From Thalia democratica (taxonomy: Eukaryota): DNA of 64,000 nucleotides. The position numbers and the translations under genes are program-made. Shown here piece by piece: positions 50,901-63,960 of this stretch. The stretch covers positions 21,948,001-22,012,000 of the forward strand of contig OZ241826.1 of the NCBI GenBank assembly GCA_965202585.1. Direction: 5' to 3'. Position 1 is the stretch's first letter. Every line of letters begins with the position of its first letter. The notes beneath the pieces are model-generated. The model made no database searches. It had not been told where the DNA came from and worked only from the letters and a program-made list of their open reading frames with translations.

Positions 50901-52090
50901 TATGTTTTGTTGAATTATTATTTTTCTAAATTTGTATTACTCTATTTTCTGTTTATATTATTCAGGTAAATACATTTTTCAAACTAAACAACACGAGTTT
51001 TGTTTTATAGTTTTAAGAAAACAATTCGTTATTAAAATCTCAGTTTACATTACAATGGATTATAACATCTAAGCTGGTTTATAATGATATATGACAATCA
51101 TCTGTTCTGAGAAAACGTCTTGTTTAGTTGTCATACAAATTAAATGCAATTAACTTATTAATATAACAGTTTAAATATTTTTAAATTACATGATAGTCAA
51201 CTAATATTTTTTATATTATAATAAGGCCACTAAGAAAAATTGTAATACAGACTATTGAAACTTGCTAATGTTAACACAAAAATTGGATTTTAAACTAGAA
51301 AAGTTCCCTAGAACAAGACTAGCAACAAATAGATTTATGTGATGTGAGAGTTGCCAAGCTAGTTATGTTAACTTCATAACTATTTAAAGAATGGAAAGTT
51401 TTCGTTGGTAAAGTTTTATTACTTATTACTAAGAAATGTCTAAAATAAAGGTAAAAGTGATTTTCTATGCCTGTGAATATTAATTTTATACAATCTTCTT
51501 CAATCATTTTTTTAACAACAAATTATAAGCATTTTAAAGCACACTTAAGTATTTTTTTAGTAGATATACTGATTTACAAAAATAATGAGATGCTCAAATT
51601 GTATCGATCTACTTAAATAAATTTCTAATAAATATTAAGTTGCATTACTGTATGAACATATTTTTTTTCTATAACATTTACTATTAGGTGCTTAAGTTTT
51701 TGTGTAAATTAATTTTGTTTTTTTGACCTTTAGCACAGCTAAATGTAGTCCACAGACTAATAGGAAACTATTGATTAATACTAAAAACAATTAACTTTCT
51801 TATTCTTTTAAAATTCTAACAGTTCTCAGTAAAAAAATAAGTAAAATCGGTAGGCAAATACATTAACTAGTTGAACATATTGACTTCATTCAAAATAAAA
51901 ATGTAGCTAACGTGCTTTGTTTAAATATTCATTTCTGTTAGTTTTTGCTATGTCGTATGACTTAAATAATAAAAAAGTATAAGTGAGTAATTAAAATATA
52001 AAATTATTTTTCAAATAGTGCTTTAAGTCTTAGGAGGTATAAAGACAATAAGGGCAGCATTAATAAACTAAACATTTCACCATATTCAAA

Positions 52091-52462
52091 ATGAAAGTGC
52101 TAATCATTACATGCTTCTTTGCTTGTTCACTAATCCGAACTGATAGATTAAGAATGAGACGACAAACATAATTTCTGCTACAAAAACATAAGTAGAAAGC
52201 TCGTACGATGCTTGTGAAAACTCAAGCATGTACACGACGGTGTAGGCATGATCTTTGCATCACATTCCAGTTTGACACGTCTGACTGCTATAAAATAGAC
52301 TGCGATTAGCATGAGCTGTGTGAGTCTGTTGGAACTGACCAAATTAAACACCCATTGTGGGAAGGAAAGGTTACTATACATTATTGTAAGGGCGATATGT
52401 GTAATGACCGGGAAAAATTCTCAGTAAATACTGGTATATTAGTAAATTGTAAACAAAATTAA
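52091..52462 (+). pseudogene. LU/three-finger subtype A copy 4 (A4), heavily decayed
   Basis: MKVLIITCFFACSLIRTDRLRMRRQT* (deletion and frameshift at the first CxxC); remnants HPLWEGKVTIHYCKGDMCNDREKF in another frame. Confidence 0.85.
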
Positions 52463-53239
52463 ATCAAAAGAGTTAGTTTTACGTTTTTTAAAGGTTATTA
52501 CAATGCTGTTTGTCTGATTTTACAAAAATGTGTATTGTAAATGTTGCTAAAACCACTTCTAAAATTTTAAAAGATAATTATACAATTTTCTAAGATAAAC
52601 ATCTATTTTTTTATTTTAGCACATTTTATACATTTTTTTACATTAGGGTAGGTTTTTATATGACCAATAGCTAAAACATACAAATAAAAACTATACTAAA
52701 ACTTGTCTTTCTAGAATTTTAAAAAGCAATTTTATGCCTAGAGTGTTTTTACTACTATAATATTTCAAGAATTAACTATAAATTTGTTTTTTTTTAAATA
52801 GTTGTTTTAGAATTGTAGTCAAAACTAGAAGTCCGCAGTCTTTAAAATTAAAGACGAACTTTAATTAAAAGATAATTGTAGGCCTCATTTACTTACAAGA
52901 AAAAATTGTAGTCAATAAATTATTATCATTTTAATACAAAACAATACGAACTGCTTAGGTTTCTGTATCTTACAATTTTTAATAAATATAGATTAAAAAA
53001 ATTAACACTTCTTAACATTTTAGAAAATAAATTAGTTTCTGTTTAAAAAGACTTTTTTAAGTTTTACCAAAATCAAATATAAAGTAAATCAACAAAGCAA
53101 TAGGAAAGTAATAGTTTGTGACTAAAACAATTGGCTTGTTCTCCGAATAGTGCTGTTAGAAACAAGAGACTTGAAGTAAAAGGCACTGAAAACAAGTAGA
53201 GAACCGTTTAGAACAATATAAACTTCATTTCCATTCAAA

Positions 53240-53686
53240 ATGAAGGTGATACTGTTTGTATTTACATTAGTTTTTTTCATAAACGCATCAGAGGGGCTAG
53301 AATGCCGAAAATGCAACGACGATAATCATTTCTATGACGTAGAAACTTGTGAAGAGACTAACAATAAGACAACACGGTGGTGCGGTAGCAGTTATAAATT
53401 CTGTGTAACTTACAAGTCTGAATCATGCAGATCAGGTCCTTCTTGCTACGAAAAAGACTGCGATTACTTTCACTTGTGTAAGTCTGTTGGAACTTTTAAA
53501 ACTTCGCACCCATTTTTGTCGAAGAACATCACAGTTAGCTGTTGTAGAGGTGATATGTGTAATGACTTGAAGGAAGAAATTTTGCTTGTAAGCGCTGGTA
53601 AATCAGTAGGTTTTAATAACATATCAAATCACATTCGTGCATATTATGTTATGTTTTCAGTGGTTGTAGCATTACTGTTTGCTTAA
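53240..53686 (+). CDS. Ly6/uPAR protein, subtype B copy 3 (B3), 148 aa, predicted GPI-anchored, intronless
   Basis: Signal peptide; 12 Cys; CCRGDMCN; hydrophobic tail YYVMFSVVVALLFA. Confidence 0.93.
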   Translation: MKVILFVFTLVFFINASEGLECRKCNDDNHFYDVETCEETNNKTTRWCGSSYKFCVTYKSESCRSGPSCYEKDCDYFHLCKSVGTFKTSHPFLSKNITVSCCRGDMCNDLKEEILLVSAGKSVGFNNISNHIRAYYVMFSVVVALLFA

Positions 53687-56600
53687 GTTTACTTTGCTAT
53701 GTTTTCATTATGTGTTAAGACCAGTTTCAAACTGTTAATTTTATACTTAATAAAGATTTAATAACAATTAAAAGCAGCCTTGTTTTACTATATGTTTTTT
53801 ACGCTTTTACGATAGATTTTTTGATAGCCTTCCTTAGGACTAAAACGAACAGTTTTTCGCTTAGGCTGCCCGTTTTAGCTGTTTACTTAAAGTTTAGTTA
53901 GATTTTCTTGAATACAATTGATAATAAATGTAGCAGTGTGTAAAGCGTACAATTACATAAAGTAGCTATGGTCGTTTAAATATAACTAAACTATAAGTTT
54001 ATTATCGCTAACGTTTATTATCATGAAACTAAAACTAAATAAACTGTCATAATCAATATCAAAATATAACAAAGTTTTTTAGTATAGCTTTAATATTATT
54101 TTTTCTCCATATTTAACAAAGTTTTCTACATTTATTTTTGCCATCATAATAATTGTCAATTGCTTCCGTTCGCACTTAAATGTTTTATTAGATAGTTTCA
54201 AAATCGTCTTGCAATCGAAATTTAATGAATTTTTTATATTTTAAAAAGCTTTTCTAATTGTGAGCTGAGTAAAAAAATTAAACGTTTTAATAAACCAGTA
54301 GGTCAGAAAAAAACAATATTTTAGAATTAAAACTATTTCACACACTAACATGCAATTTTGTTCAATATTTTAAAAATTTCTTACAAAGAAATTTATCTTA
54401 TTATTCCTATTTTCTATTTCGTTTCATTTTTTTAGCTTAAATAGAAATATAAGAATAAACTTTCAAGTTATCTTTATTCGTATAGTTGCATTCTATATTT
54501 AAAGTAATATAACTTTTAAGGTGAACTACGAATAATTATATGCTAATTTAGTTTTACATGTCTTTGAGATGGTACTTAATAATCACTAGTATTATGAAAC
54601 TTCTGGACATTAACATTTATTTTAGCTTATTTAGTTGAATTTTAATTTTAAAAAGTTTGAGTTTATGTTTATAATAGAAAACTACTTTTGTATGTATAAA
54701 GCTTAAAATTATTGTATATTTGAAGAAAAAATAACAGAACACTTTTTATCTTAAAATAATAACAATAAAAACAGCTATACTTTCTTTTTTTCAAACTAGC
54801 AACAATACTAATTAAAAATATTTTGTACAATGGAATAGTTGTTATATAATACTGTTATTTTTGAAAGTTTTATGTAAGTTTATTTTAGTTGCATACTTTA
54901 TGTTTAAATGAAAGTTAAACTTTTTTAAATTTTATTGAATATTTAAACTATTAATTACTTTTAAATTTGTTGAATTACGACCATATAGCGTAGAGGTCCT
55001 AATGACTGCTTTAAAAACTGTTTAAGTAAAACGTTGAAAGAACTTAATACCTTACCAATGCATTTAAAATAAAACAACCATTCTGTTTTTTTAGTTGTTT
55101 AGTTTATTTGACTCAATATGTTAAGTATTGTAAGAGTATTAGCACTTTAAGTATGTTCCCTTTTTTTGTTTAACAACTTGTGTTCAATTATGTTGTCAAA
55201 AAACAGTTTAAGCTCACTAAATGTTTTTAATAAACCAAAATTCCATTTGTATATAGTTAAAATAAAAAATACAAAATAACAAACATACAAAGTACATTTT
55301 TTATTAAACTAACATATGTTTTTGTTTGTACACAAGTTAACAAACTTCAAAAGTGTTATAAAATTTGAAGAAATAACAATAAACAAAAAGTTTTTTTTTT
55401 TTAATTTTAATAGCTCTATTGAGGTTTATAAAATTATAACGCAAAGAAACAAAGATAGTTAGTTTAATAAAGATAGAGTACTGTGTAAATCAGTTAATAT
55501 AACTTTTCGTGAGCTTTTTTCGCTAGGATCTCTACTTAAAACGATATACTCCCAAATTAGAACAGTTAAAAGAAAAAACATTATAAAAAATTGAATTAAA
55601 ACAATAAAACATATTTACATTACTGATAAAGCATAATAAAACATGCAGTATAATGTAACTTTAATTAAGTATTATACTTTTATTTAATTTCAAGAACGGC
55701 GTTTTTTAGAATGAAAATAAAGTTATTGTTAAATAAAAAATTCTTTTCAACCTGCTTTAAGTAATAGTTGTTAACCTTCAACAAACTTAATTTAGTTTAG
55801 TACCAAAACAACTTTTGAGGTAATGAATAAGTGCGTTTTCTGTTTTAATATATAAAGCTTTGTCACTAATGTTTGGTTTTAAAAATAATATTTAATTTTT
55901 TTTCAATTAACTGTGCATAATTTAATTCAAGACCTTTTGCAATTTATTTGTCTTTTTTTTGATCAAGTCAATAAACTTATTAAACTTTTTTATTTATAAG
56001 TCAATAGTGTTATTAAATATAAGTTAAACATATTATAAAAATCTACTTTACTTATAACTACGGTCACAACAAAATTATTTAAGTTTTTAATTTTTTCATT
56101 GTAAACTATTTACATTATTCTTAAATAAAAAAAGCAGATACCATTTTTTTATCAAAATATGATAAATTTAGTCTATATTCTTTTTAATTCAATAAAAAAT
56201 AAGAGTCTTAGATTTTATTAAACTGTTTAATAGTATTTATTAGCAATTTATTTATTATAATATTTTTAAACTTTTGTATTTATTTACGGAATGCTGCAGT
56301 ATGTATAGCGTAAAATATCCTGAATAAACTTTTTATAACTAGAATATAAATATTTGATTTGTTTTTCATGTGTTTATGGTTTTGTATTTATTTTCATTTT
56401 GTACGTTGTCTTTATTAATGTAAATTTTTGATATTGAAACTATTATAATTATTATTAATTAAGTTTATTTTTTGAAATAGAATATTTCTAAAACCATTTA
56501 AAACTTAACCAATTGAACTATTTTAAAATTAAAATGATTAAAATGGACTTATTGAAAAATTAACCGGACTTTTTTCTCATTCGCTATAATTAAGCTATTT

Positions 56601-59600
56601 ATAGTCGCTATTAAGTGTTTATAACATTTTAGTAATTAAGTTTCAACAAAGTTTCTTTTAGTTATCATGTTTTGTATTTAGGCTTTGGTCCTTAAAATCC
56701 AACAACCTTTAAATAAATTAAAGCAACTATAATCTATTTTCATTGACTCAACAACATAAAACTTTGAAATTACTTTAAAAGGAACATCAAATTTATATGT
56801 AAGTGTGAAGTAAAATAACATGACTTGATTTTCAATAAGTAGTTAAATGTTTCAACATATTGCTATTTAAATATTTCGATTTATTAGTTTCACAAAGTTA
56901 GTCAACTAACAATGATTAATTGTTGTAAGAAAAGTTACTACAAATTTTGAAACGAGCTTAAATAATATTTTTGTTATCTTTTCGTAATTTTATTAAAAAA
57001 GATTTTATTTTGCTTTAGGATGAGAAATTTACCAAACACGTTTCCTTCATAACTTTACTAGTTAAATTTGTTAAAAACAAATTCATTAAAAATTATAGTT
57101 TGTATAGTTGTGAGAATAACATAATGTAATTAAAAAGTCTAATAGTAACAAAAAATATATATACGATAAGTTTTTAGTCTTAAATTAAAAGTCGTTGAGG
57201 AAACTGTTCTTAACTATCGCGAGAACAAATTCATTAAAAAAAATAATTCTTCTAAAACTAAAGAGTATTAATTAGCTAAAATATTAATCTTTATGAAAAA
57301 TTCATTACCAAACTCTATTATAATTAAAGAAGTTATAAAGAAATAAATTAAATATAAAAAACAAATCGGAATATATTACTTTTTTATCTTAAACTGTTGA
57401 ATATATATATATTTTTTCATTTATGTCCTGTTTAAACGGCTCAAATTTTGAAGCCTGAGTCCAACATTGCGTAATAAACTGACCTTTAAGTTTACTAGCC
57501 CCTTGAGCAGAAAGTTGAAAAATCATATAATGTTTCTAAGCCAGCAGATTGCGTGTGCACAATCATAATACCCTGATCCTAAAAGTTTGCATTGTTCGAA
57601 GCTGTGAGTAATATTAGCCAATAGATGCAATCGCAGACACCAAAACCTTTTATGTAAAAAAGGAAGAAAATAGGTGCATTTTTTAACATTTTAAATCTGT
57701 CTAATTTTTTTAACTTTAAACAAAGTTTTTTTTTCTTTGAATAAACAGTCTATTACATTCTTTAAAATTCAATTTATAAGAAACAGTAAAAATTTAAATT
57801 GTTAACAAGCTAAAAAGAAAAATTATTTATTAAAAATGTTTTAAATTTGTAAATTTAAGTAGTTTAAGTTCACTTTTAACTGGAAACTTTTATACTAAAA
57901 TACTTAAGATAATAACACTTTTTACGAATGTTAAGTCATATTATAAGTATCTTAATAAAATTCTATAAACAGTATATGATTTGTAAAAACAATTTTTCTG
58001 GCTTACAACTTAAAAAAAAGTTATATCGTGAGTTTTTAAATTATAACACGTTTTGTTAAAATAATACACACTTGGTGTTAAGTTTTTTTTTGACTAACTA
58101 CAGATACAGTTCTCTTGCAACTTTTGTTGCTGAGATAAACATTTATTTAAAGATATTATTAAAAGGTATATATTTAAGAATTAGAGAAATTAAAAGATAA
58201 TTCACCTGTTTCTGTGCAAATTGCATCAACTATCGAAAAAAAAAATTAGTGAAGAACTTCAAGCTTAATTTAAATTTTTATGGTGAAAGTATTAAAACAT
58301 TAAGCTGATTAAAAAGTAACACGAAAATTGAATTACGTTAAACAATCATTATTGCTGATTATGATGATGATACTGACAGCTACTTATGTGCTAACTTCAT
58401 CAAGTGTCAAACAAAGAAAAAAAATAGTGAAGTATTAAATTTATGAAGAATTCAAGCTGAACTTTTTTTTCTAGGTAAAAGTAGTGAAAATAATTATAGA
58501 CTATTAAAGAGTAACAAAAATGTTTTGTCATATAACATAATCAAATTGTTCATAGTTACTGTTTATTTTACAAAATTCTGAAAATTGAATTGTTAAAAAT
58601 GCTCTTAAAAACAAACCTATTCATTTCAATATACCTTTCGATATATGATTTTCTTTGAACAATTATTGTCTTTCAATTTCAATTTCAGTATACTAATAAA
58701 AATAGTTTTAAAGGAACATCGTGTATTGGTCCACGATAATTCAAACACTTATTTTTTATGGATACTGCCATAGTCTCTTTTATTATTTAAAACAAAATTA
58801 CTTTACGACCATAATATTTATTAAAATGACATTCTTGTACTACTTTACAATATTTTGTTGTTTAGTTATTTTCTTGATGAGCGTACTCAAAACATTTAAA
58901 GTTTAAACTTTCTAGCAATTGAGTAAACGTTTCATCTAAAATTCATTACAATATTTAATTATTTAAAATTAGTTAAAATCTTACTATAAATCAAGTAGTT
59001 TTTTCGATATAAATTATAACTAATAACAAAAAAAAAAAAGTCTAAAACTAGTTACAGTTTTAAATAATTTTTTAAACAACGAATTTTTAGGAAAATAATA
59101 CTTATTTAGAAATCTTATAATGTTTCATTGAATACTTGTTTTATTTTTTTTTTTGCAATTTTTTTTTAGTTCTATGTATATCAAAAGTTCTGAATAAGGT
59201 TAAGTATAAAAAAGTATTCAACCACATTAAAAATAAAAAACTTTTTACTATTATTTTTTAATTTAGACTTTAAATGCTAAATCGTTGTTAAAAGACTAGT
59301 AACCTAAATTTAACTTAAAAGTTATTATAAAAATAGGTGTTTTTTTAATTAAACAATTAAAATAGCGGAAATATTTGTCTTTTTAATTAGCCAATATTTT
59401 CCTAGTGTTAATTAAGTAAGTATGTGACCAATCAGTTTTAAAGAAACAATCATTTACAACTACGTAGAAGGAAAAATTAAAATTTCAATACTAGTTGTTG
59501 TAAGCATAAAACATAATTTATTAACTATTCTTACATTTTTTATATAACTTAAACAAAAAAAATTCAGTTTTACTTTTTACTGCGCATCTAGGCTAAAAAA

Positions 59601-60669
59601 ATAATTCTAGTATTTTTATGTTTCGGAAATTTTATAAAAAATTTAGATTAAAAAGTTAAATATATTAGATACTTAAAAATATTGTCAAAATCCACTGTTT
59701 AGTATTGGGTTCGTAAAATAAGAAATGGTTATAAAAAAAAAGGTGAACAATTTTAGGTTTATAGTCAGTTTATGATAAAAACAAGTGTTTTGTTGCTGTA
59801 ATGTATTATTTATTAATGTTTAAATCTATACGCTCAAACCATAACAAATTTTTTTGTTCAACTAAACATTAGTTAACAACAAATGATTTAATTTAATTAA
59901 CTAAAAGTCATATAAATAGTTTTATTTTTTAAACATTAACAACTAAATACACAAGCTAAATATTTTAGGTGTAACCTTTTAATTCAAGTGTTTATAAAAT
60001 ATTTATTACTAACAATGCACTTTAAGATAAAATGTTTTGTTCTAAGTTAAACGTTCTGAATTAATAGAACAATAAAAAATGAATTACAAGATTCATTAAA
60101 AATTCAATTTGTAGTATTTTTTTTTTTGCAACTAAAAACTTAAAGTATCAATCAGAAAATTTTATTATAGTGAAAAACATAGGTGTTAAATGTTATTTTT
60201 ATTACTATAAAAAATTAATATTATAACAAAATTTAACTACAACGATATTTTTGGTTAAATCATAAAATGTTAAAATAAAAATGAATATCTTAATGAAAAC
60301 GTTAGTAAACTGTGTTAACGTTGTACTTATGAATTATTTAATGAAAGTTTCTATAAACATGGTTAAATTTATTGTTTTTTAATAAATCAAAACAGAAACA
60401 ACAGTTTTAACGTGTAGAAATTTAAAGGAGAAATAAAGTCTAAGTGTTGTGTTACTTAAACTTATACTTTATTTTAAAAACCTAAAAAAATTTAACATCA
60501 AAGCTTGTAACTTTTATCATACACATACTCGCAGTGACTTTATAAATGATGATAAATATTTTAAAGATTTTTAAATCAATATATGGCAAGCATTTTAAAG
60601 ATTAAATATTAAATGTTTTCAATGGTTAAACCCGTTGTCAAATACAAAAATTAATAGTTGTGATAAGTA

Positions 60670-61520
60670 TTATTGTTTTCCACAGTCATACTTATACTTA
60701 ATTAGAATTTTCCGAAACGAAAACAAATTATCTAGTTTAAAATAAAATATGAAACTAAAAAGCAAAGCACTAATCACGAAAATCTGACCCGACAAATTTT
60801 TCCCACCTAAAGACGGAAGGTTCTCCTCGTTGCACAGATCGCCCCGGCAGCAATCCATCAAGTAGTCGTCGCCTTGAAAATCCAAGTTGCTCTTTCCTTC
60901 CTGCTCGCAAAAATCGAACCAGTCGCACCCTTTCTGATACAGTCCAAGGGGGAGTTTATCGCCGTCAACAAACTGTTGGTAAGTGATGCAGAAGTTTGCG
61001 TCGCACGTGGCGATGCTGCTTTCGTCGCCGTAATAATTGTAACCGTAATCCACCTGAGGGGAAATTCACATTTATGATATAAAGTAATAAGGTTTATAAC
61101 TTTAGAAAAGTTTATTCGAAAAATGTTTGAAATGTTTAAGCCGTTTTCGTCCGAATAAAACCTTCAGTATAAAATTCCTATTCAAGTGTGTATAAAAATC
61201 GTTTTACTTTAAACTTTTTCTTTATGTAACTATATAACTCATAGCATAATATAAAAGTGTATCCAACACTGAGCACACCTGTGAGCTAAAATTAAACCTG
61301 TGTGCTTTTATACAATATATTTTTTTGAAAACTTCAAAGCATTAACTAAAATGTAGTCAACAGAAAAATAAAAACAGATTAAACTATTAGAAAAAGTAAA
61401 AATAAAAACTAAAATACAGTTAACCTGTTTGTGCAGCTGATCAAAGAATGAGAGGCATTCCTAGCCAGAAGCAATGTTTAGCAGGCAAGTTAAAGCAAAC
61501 GTGCACGCCAAAGCCTTCAT
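60670..61520 (-). pseudogene. LU subtype M copy 2 (M2): two exons, one premature TAG in exon 1
   Basis: Exon 1 61520-61425: MKALACTFALTCLLNIASG*ECLSFFDQLHKQ (TAG 61463-61461 where M1 has TTG). Exon 2 61053-60670 is fully open with all its Cys (VDYGYNYYGDESS...CCRGDLCNEE...). Confidence 0.82.
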
Positions 61521-63399
61521 TGTTAGTATAAATTACCAGCATCAACGAGTACAGTTGAGTTTACTGCCTTTTTCTCTTTATAGTATCTAACACACATTTA
61601 TTTCTTAAAAAAAAGCGGTTGTTCTTGCAGTTTATTCAAACTGTGTGTAAATTAGGTCAGTCCTGACTTTTTTTAAATGTAATAAATTAGTACTGTGATA
61701 ATAAAATATTAAAGAATTTTTTAGGTATGCTATAGTATAAAAAGTTCAACTACTGCAAAATAAACGTTTGAAACTTTTCTTAAAAAATATAACTAGTAAT
61801 TTTCCTAGTTTAAATAAAAGTTTATGTGTTTTCATGTTGTATCATAGAGTATTTTTTTAATTTTTATGCAGTTTTTCAATGGTCTATATCAATAAAAATC
61901 TAAAAACATTCAAATATTTAACACCGTAAAAAAAAGTTAAAACTTTGGTAGAAGAAAAATTTCATAGTTGAGATAAAATCCTACTTTAATTGCACTTAAG
62001 GTATTTAATCGTTTTCTTAAATATAATTTCATCTTGTTTTTATATATAAATATATAGGCTTAACTTTGCAATAATAAAGTTTATAAGCGTTTATAAAGAT
62101 CTTAAAAATACTAAGTAAATAATAAGTAACATAAAACATTAAAATTTATTAAAAATTAAATGTTGAGTTTGAGTTGTCGGAATTTTATTTTCATATGCCT
62201 AGATAATTTTCAGTAAAAAGTTAAATTTAAGGAGTTTTGTTTTAACGCTTGACGAAGTGTATTACTAGTTGTTGGTGCAATTTTAGTAAATTGATTCGAG
62301 TTTGCAAACTTAAAAAAACATATACAATTATTTTAATATTCAAAATCATTAAAACAAGTTTTTAGAAAAATAAATATCAAACATTCTTTACAAAACCTTT
62401 TAACAACTTCTTCCTTAGAACTTTGCAATATAAAAATATATAATTTACGATGAATAGTTAGGTTAAGTTAGTAAACAAACGTTTCCGATTGTTTGTAAAA
62501 CAAGGCTATTATTAACACTGTTACGTGTATAAAAGTCTATATTTGAAATAAAATAAACTAAAAGTATCCTACTTACAATCTTCAAAAAAACTTTAATTGT
62601 GCAGTAAATTAAACTTTAATAAAATTATTTTAATTTTATTTTCGAGCATATTTTACTTTTTAATATTTTGATTCTTAAAATTTTTTTGTTTAAGCACTTT
62701 ACAACTAATAGAAATAATTTTGACGAGTTAATATGACAAATGTTTCCAGAAATGTTTGTATATGACTTGATTATTGTACTTATTTCAAATTAACTATAAA
62801 ACTTTCTGTAAAAAAATGTGTTAACTTACTTATTGGCATATAAATATATAACTCAAAGTTGTATAATTAAAAAAAAAAACAAAATGTTAAAAACTAAATT
62901 AAGATATTTTTGCAATGTTGTTGATATTATTTTTTTTACAAAATCTTTAAGTGAAATAAAACATCTATAACTATATTTTTCACTATAGCTTGTTTAAGAT
63001 TAGACAGCTGTACACCAAATTGATTAAAGGATTTATAAAAAATGATAAATTTTGAGTTGATTTAAAATTAACTACATCTAAAAAATACAATATAAAAGTT
63101 TACACATGTTACATCACATTATATTTGACAAATAAAGCATTATTATTGAATATATTTATGTTCTTTAGAATATTAGAAGTAATCCTATTTTCAAAACTGA
63201 TCAGGCTATATATATACTTTTTTGCATTATCTAAAGAAAAATGATTTTTTTTAAACGTTGGTTTAGTGCGAAGTTTTAAATACAATTAGTAATTTATTTT
63301 ACATTATTTAACCATAATTTAAAAGTTGTAAACATAATTTAATATTTGCTTTAAATTAACGTTTGAATATAACAATAAAATGTTGAACAAAGTTTATTT

Positions 63400-63960
63400 A
63401 GTAAATAAAAACTACCATGTAAACCTTCTTTTAACAAGTTTCTCAAACAGTGACGTAACAAAAAGTACACCACAACAACCAGCTTCATTCGTACTAAATT
63501 GTTTCGCCGCTGATTCATTAATTTTCAAGTGCTTCCAAATATCCGTCTTTTTGCGGCAATTTTTAAAAGCAGCGCAAAGCAGCTTAACATCAGCATCAAC
63601 TTGAACGTTACCATAATTAATATAAGGATAATTGTATAAGGTAAAAATACTGGTGTTTTTAGTTGAATTTCATAAACAAATCAAAGTTTACAACGACTTA
63701 AAACTTATTTCGTTCATTGCTTCAAGTTTTAGTATTGCAAAGCATAAAGGTAATCTTCAAGTTGATGCTGATGTTTAGCTGCTTTGCGCTGCTTTTAAAA
63801 TTTGCCGTAAAAAACGGACACGTAGGATTACTTGAGTAAAATTAATTCAGTGGTGAATATATTTAGTAAGGATGAAACTGGTTATTGTGATGTGCTAATA
63901 AACACGTCATAATGTGAGATAACACTTAAAAAACAAGGAATAGAAGATAATATATTAACA
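63400..63960. repeat. Inverted duplication IR2 (arms about 63400-63612 and 63749-63960), paralogue of IR1
   Basis: The reverse complement of 63541-63612 (ggtaacgttcaagttgatgctgatgttaagctgctttgcgctgcttttaaaaattgccgc..) matches 63749-63820 (ggtaatcttcaagttgatgctgatgtttagctgctttgcgctgcttttaaaatttgccgt..). Confidence 0.87.

Noticed and set aside
58237-58520. Imperfect direct repeat flanking a short open stretch (IADYDDDTDSYLCANFIKCQTK)
   Set aside because: No start codon, usable splice sites or recognisable domain; probably a degenerate repeat fragment.
4150-58906. AT-rich ORFs rich in F/L/K/I/N (4150..4389, 5113..5331, 19348..19530, 20829..21038, 42568..42792, 42727..42912, 50635..50913, 51319..51507, 58721..58906)
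   Set aside because: Composition matches AT-rich non-coding DNA, most start at non-ATG codons, and paralogous copies of these regions (for example 38460-38650 versus 58721-58906) do not keep the frame.
31364-61463. Programmed stop-codon readthrough or a variant genetic code to explain single stops in A1 (TAA) and M2 (TAG)
   Set aside because: The stops differ in type and position, contexts (TAA-G, TAG-G) are not readthrough-favouring, intact genes here end normally in TAA, TAG and TGA, and other A copies have frameshifts. Ordinary nonsense mutation or sequence error is simpler.
31280-63604. ORFs antisense to or out of frame with LU genes and IR arms (31280..31561, 31383..31607, 35137..35382, 36242..36451, 40514..40759, 40620..40811, 43558..43797, 46457..46645, 47618..47836, 52178..52381, 53122..53316, 60874..61077, 63380..63604)
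   Set aside because: By-products of GC-richer coding or repeat sequence; no independent protein features.
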